From Pecten maximus (taxonomy: Eukaryota), in assembly GCF_902652985.1 (NCBI RefSeq), contig NC_047023.1, positions 8,990,001 through 9,054,000 on the forward strand: DNA of 64,000 bases. The letters are read 5' to 3'. Shown here in pieces: positions 62,041 to 64,000 of this stretch; the stretch's first letter is position 1, and every line of letters begins with the position of its first letter. The notes beneath the pieces are model-generated. The model was given only the letters and a program-made list of their open reading frames with translations, made no database searches and was not told the DNA's origin. The translations under genes were made by a program, and so were the position numbers.

Positions 62041-64000
62041 TTAAAGGGACCAGGTATTTTATTATATAAAATTAGTTTGTTGTGCTAAATTAAGGTGTTA
62101 GTGGCGTTATGATAATTTGATTATAATTGGCTTGCTAGATTGCATTGAAGGTACCTGTAAATTAAAAGTAATAGTTTTAAATGTTTTGGAACCTTTGATC
62201 TGTGAACACTTTCTCAGGTGAGTAGTGAGTAGCAGTAAAACTTAATGAGTTCACAGGTAAAAAGTCGTCAGACATTTCTGGTCAGTTACAAAGGCCCACT
62301 AACAGGCCCAGGCGGCAAAGTCAGGGGTTCAAACACACAGGTGAGAAAACAATAGCTTTGGTTAACACCTACTGTCAACTCATTAACTTTTACACAGGTG
62401 TCACATCTAACAGGTTCCAACATATTTACCTGTTATAATCCCTCTACTGTATTCTCATTAACACCTCAAATCATCATGCCGACTCTTAGGTAAGCTATTT
62501 ATGTTTTTGCAACGATCTTGTAAATAAACATAATTTAAAGCCAAGCCTATATCAAAAGTTTACAAAGACATTCATCAATTTTTATATTCCAGCCTTTTTA
62601 GCCAATATATAAATACATTTTTAAAAATAGATTAATAAATAAAATGAATAAATATTTCTTTTGACAAATTGCTTAAACAATTTGATTTTCAAATGAATAA
62701 ATACATATTTGTTTTGACAAATTGCTTAAATGATTTACTTTCAATAAAGGGCATTATATAAAAATTATTGCTGTGATGAAAGGGAGAATTTTCATTTGAA
62801 AAATGAAATCAAAAAGGATTTACATTATAGAGTTGGTAAATTAATTAAAATTCATATTGCTATTTATAAAGTGATAAAAATAAATAGAAAATGTATATAT
62901 GTAAATTGAATTCAGTAGAGAAGATGTATTTATATTAGTTGTAATACTAAAAACGTTTTGACAGATCAACTATAAACTTCAAACTTGATAAACTCTATAA
63001 CCTTACTGCAACAATGTTTAGTTTTTGTGCGGATAAAATATCAATATTGTATATAATTATCACTGTACAACAGAAGGTAATTGTTTATAGAATGAATATG
63101 GATTAAATTCAATTGAATTTGAAATGACTTGGTAAATAGCTTATACAATGGAATAGCTGTACATTGTTTTAGAGGTTTTTAAACACCATTGTACTAGGTA
63201 ACCCAACTTTTTTTTTTGGCAGAAAAAAAGTCTGAAATACATGTCAGGTGACAGCTAATATGCTTATATATCAGCAAAAAAATCCTGTCGTGTGATTGAC
63301 TCTGTCGAATTGTCGAATTGGATGTCTCCCTGTTAGCTGATGATAAATACACCATGTATTTCAGGAGGGCTGGGTCACATTTTGTTTGCTGATGTTTGTA
63401 CATGTGTATACAGAGAATGTTTGTGAGTCTGTTGGTCAAGGTTGGGTCGAGATATATACCTACCACATGAACAATGGTAATTTATACGGTTTTCATTGTC
63501 TCAATGTTTTGCAGTGTATGCACATTAACAGTTACAGGAGTGTAACAAATGTCAAAATCCGTCAGCATGATGGACAGTCAAATGTCAATGTGTTACAAAC
63601 GTTTTACATGTAGACAACCATGCATTTACAAAAAATTGTCCTGAAACAGCTATAAAGAGAATCCTTTATATCAGCCATCCAACTTACCAACAAACGTGCT
63701 TCATATAATTTTTGACATTTATTTGAGCTGTGATCCACTTCTTATTGACATATGCTTTAATAAATTGTTTTAAAAACCTTATCCAGTGCATATTTGATAT
63801 ACTAGAAATAAAAACAGGCATTTAATAGGCTATAAAGTTGAGATTGTTGTTCGACCAGAGCTGTTTGCTGTCATATCTGTTTTGTCAACTTTATTGCTAA
63901 CAACAAACAAATAAATATTTGTTACATCAATATATCATGTAAATAAATTTTGAATGATGATGAAATGCAAAAAAGATATACAATACAAACTTGTACACTG

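Noticed and set aside
2946-63613. Remaining 60-110-aa ORFs in unique sequence
   Set aside because: Lengths are as expected by chance, many use non-ATG starts, and none shows recognisable domains or consistent exon structure.

Overview
AT-rich eukaryotic (animal) genomic DNA, almost entirely non-coding. The repeat families (tRNA-derived SINEs with CORE and V/Meta-like domains, Helentron/HINE-type elements with internal satellite arrays, a Penelope-like RT relic) point to a mollusc, probably a bivalve; this is an inference. Roughly 18 kb (my estimate, a little over a quarter of the window) is tandem repeat: about 20 unrelated minisatellites plus two 155-bp arrays carried inside two near-identical non-autonomous Helentrons (29934-31676, 52986-55118). 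The only convincing host gene segment is near the end: a CCAAT/GC-box promoter (~58800), a probable non-coding exon ending at 59177, and a first coding exon (ATG 59343, donor after 59451, phase 1) encoding a signal peptide of an unidentified secreted or membrane protein. All long ORFs in the track are translations of tandem repeats. The most unusual items are: (i) short TG..CA-bounded LTR-like units that contain a whole tRNA cloverleaf (32369-32497 with a 4-bp TSD, and a diverged pair at 5550-5913); (ii) a 76-bp tandem array apparently built from a tRNA-like Pol III unit; (iii) independent higher-order repeat evolution inside the two Helentron copies; (iv) several candidate upstream non-coding exons or alternative promoters. 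I see no evidence of a prokaryotic-type system or a CRISPR array. Coordinates were read by eye and repeat edges are approximate.
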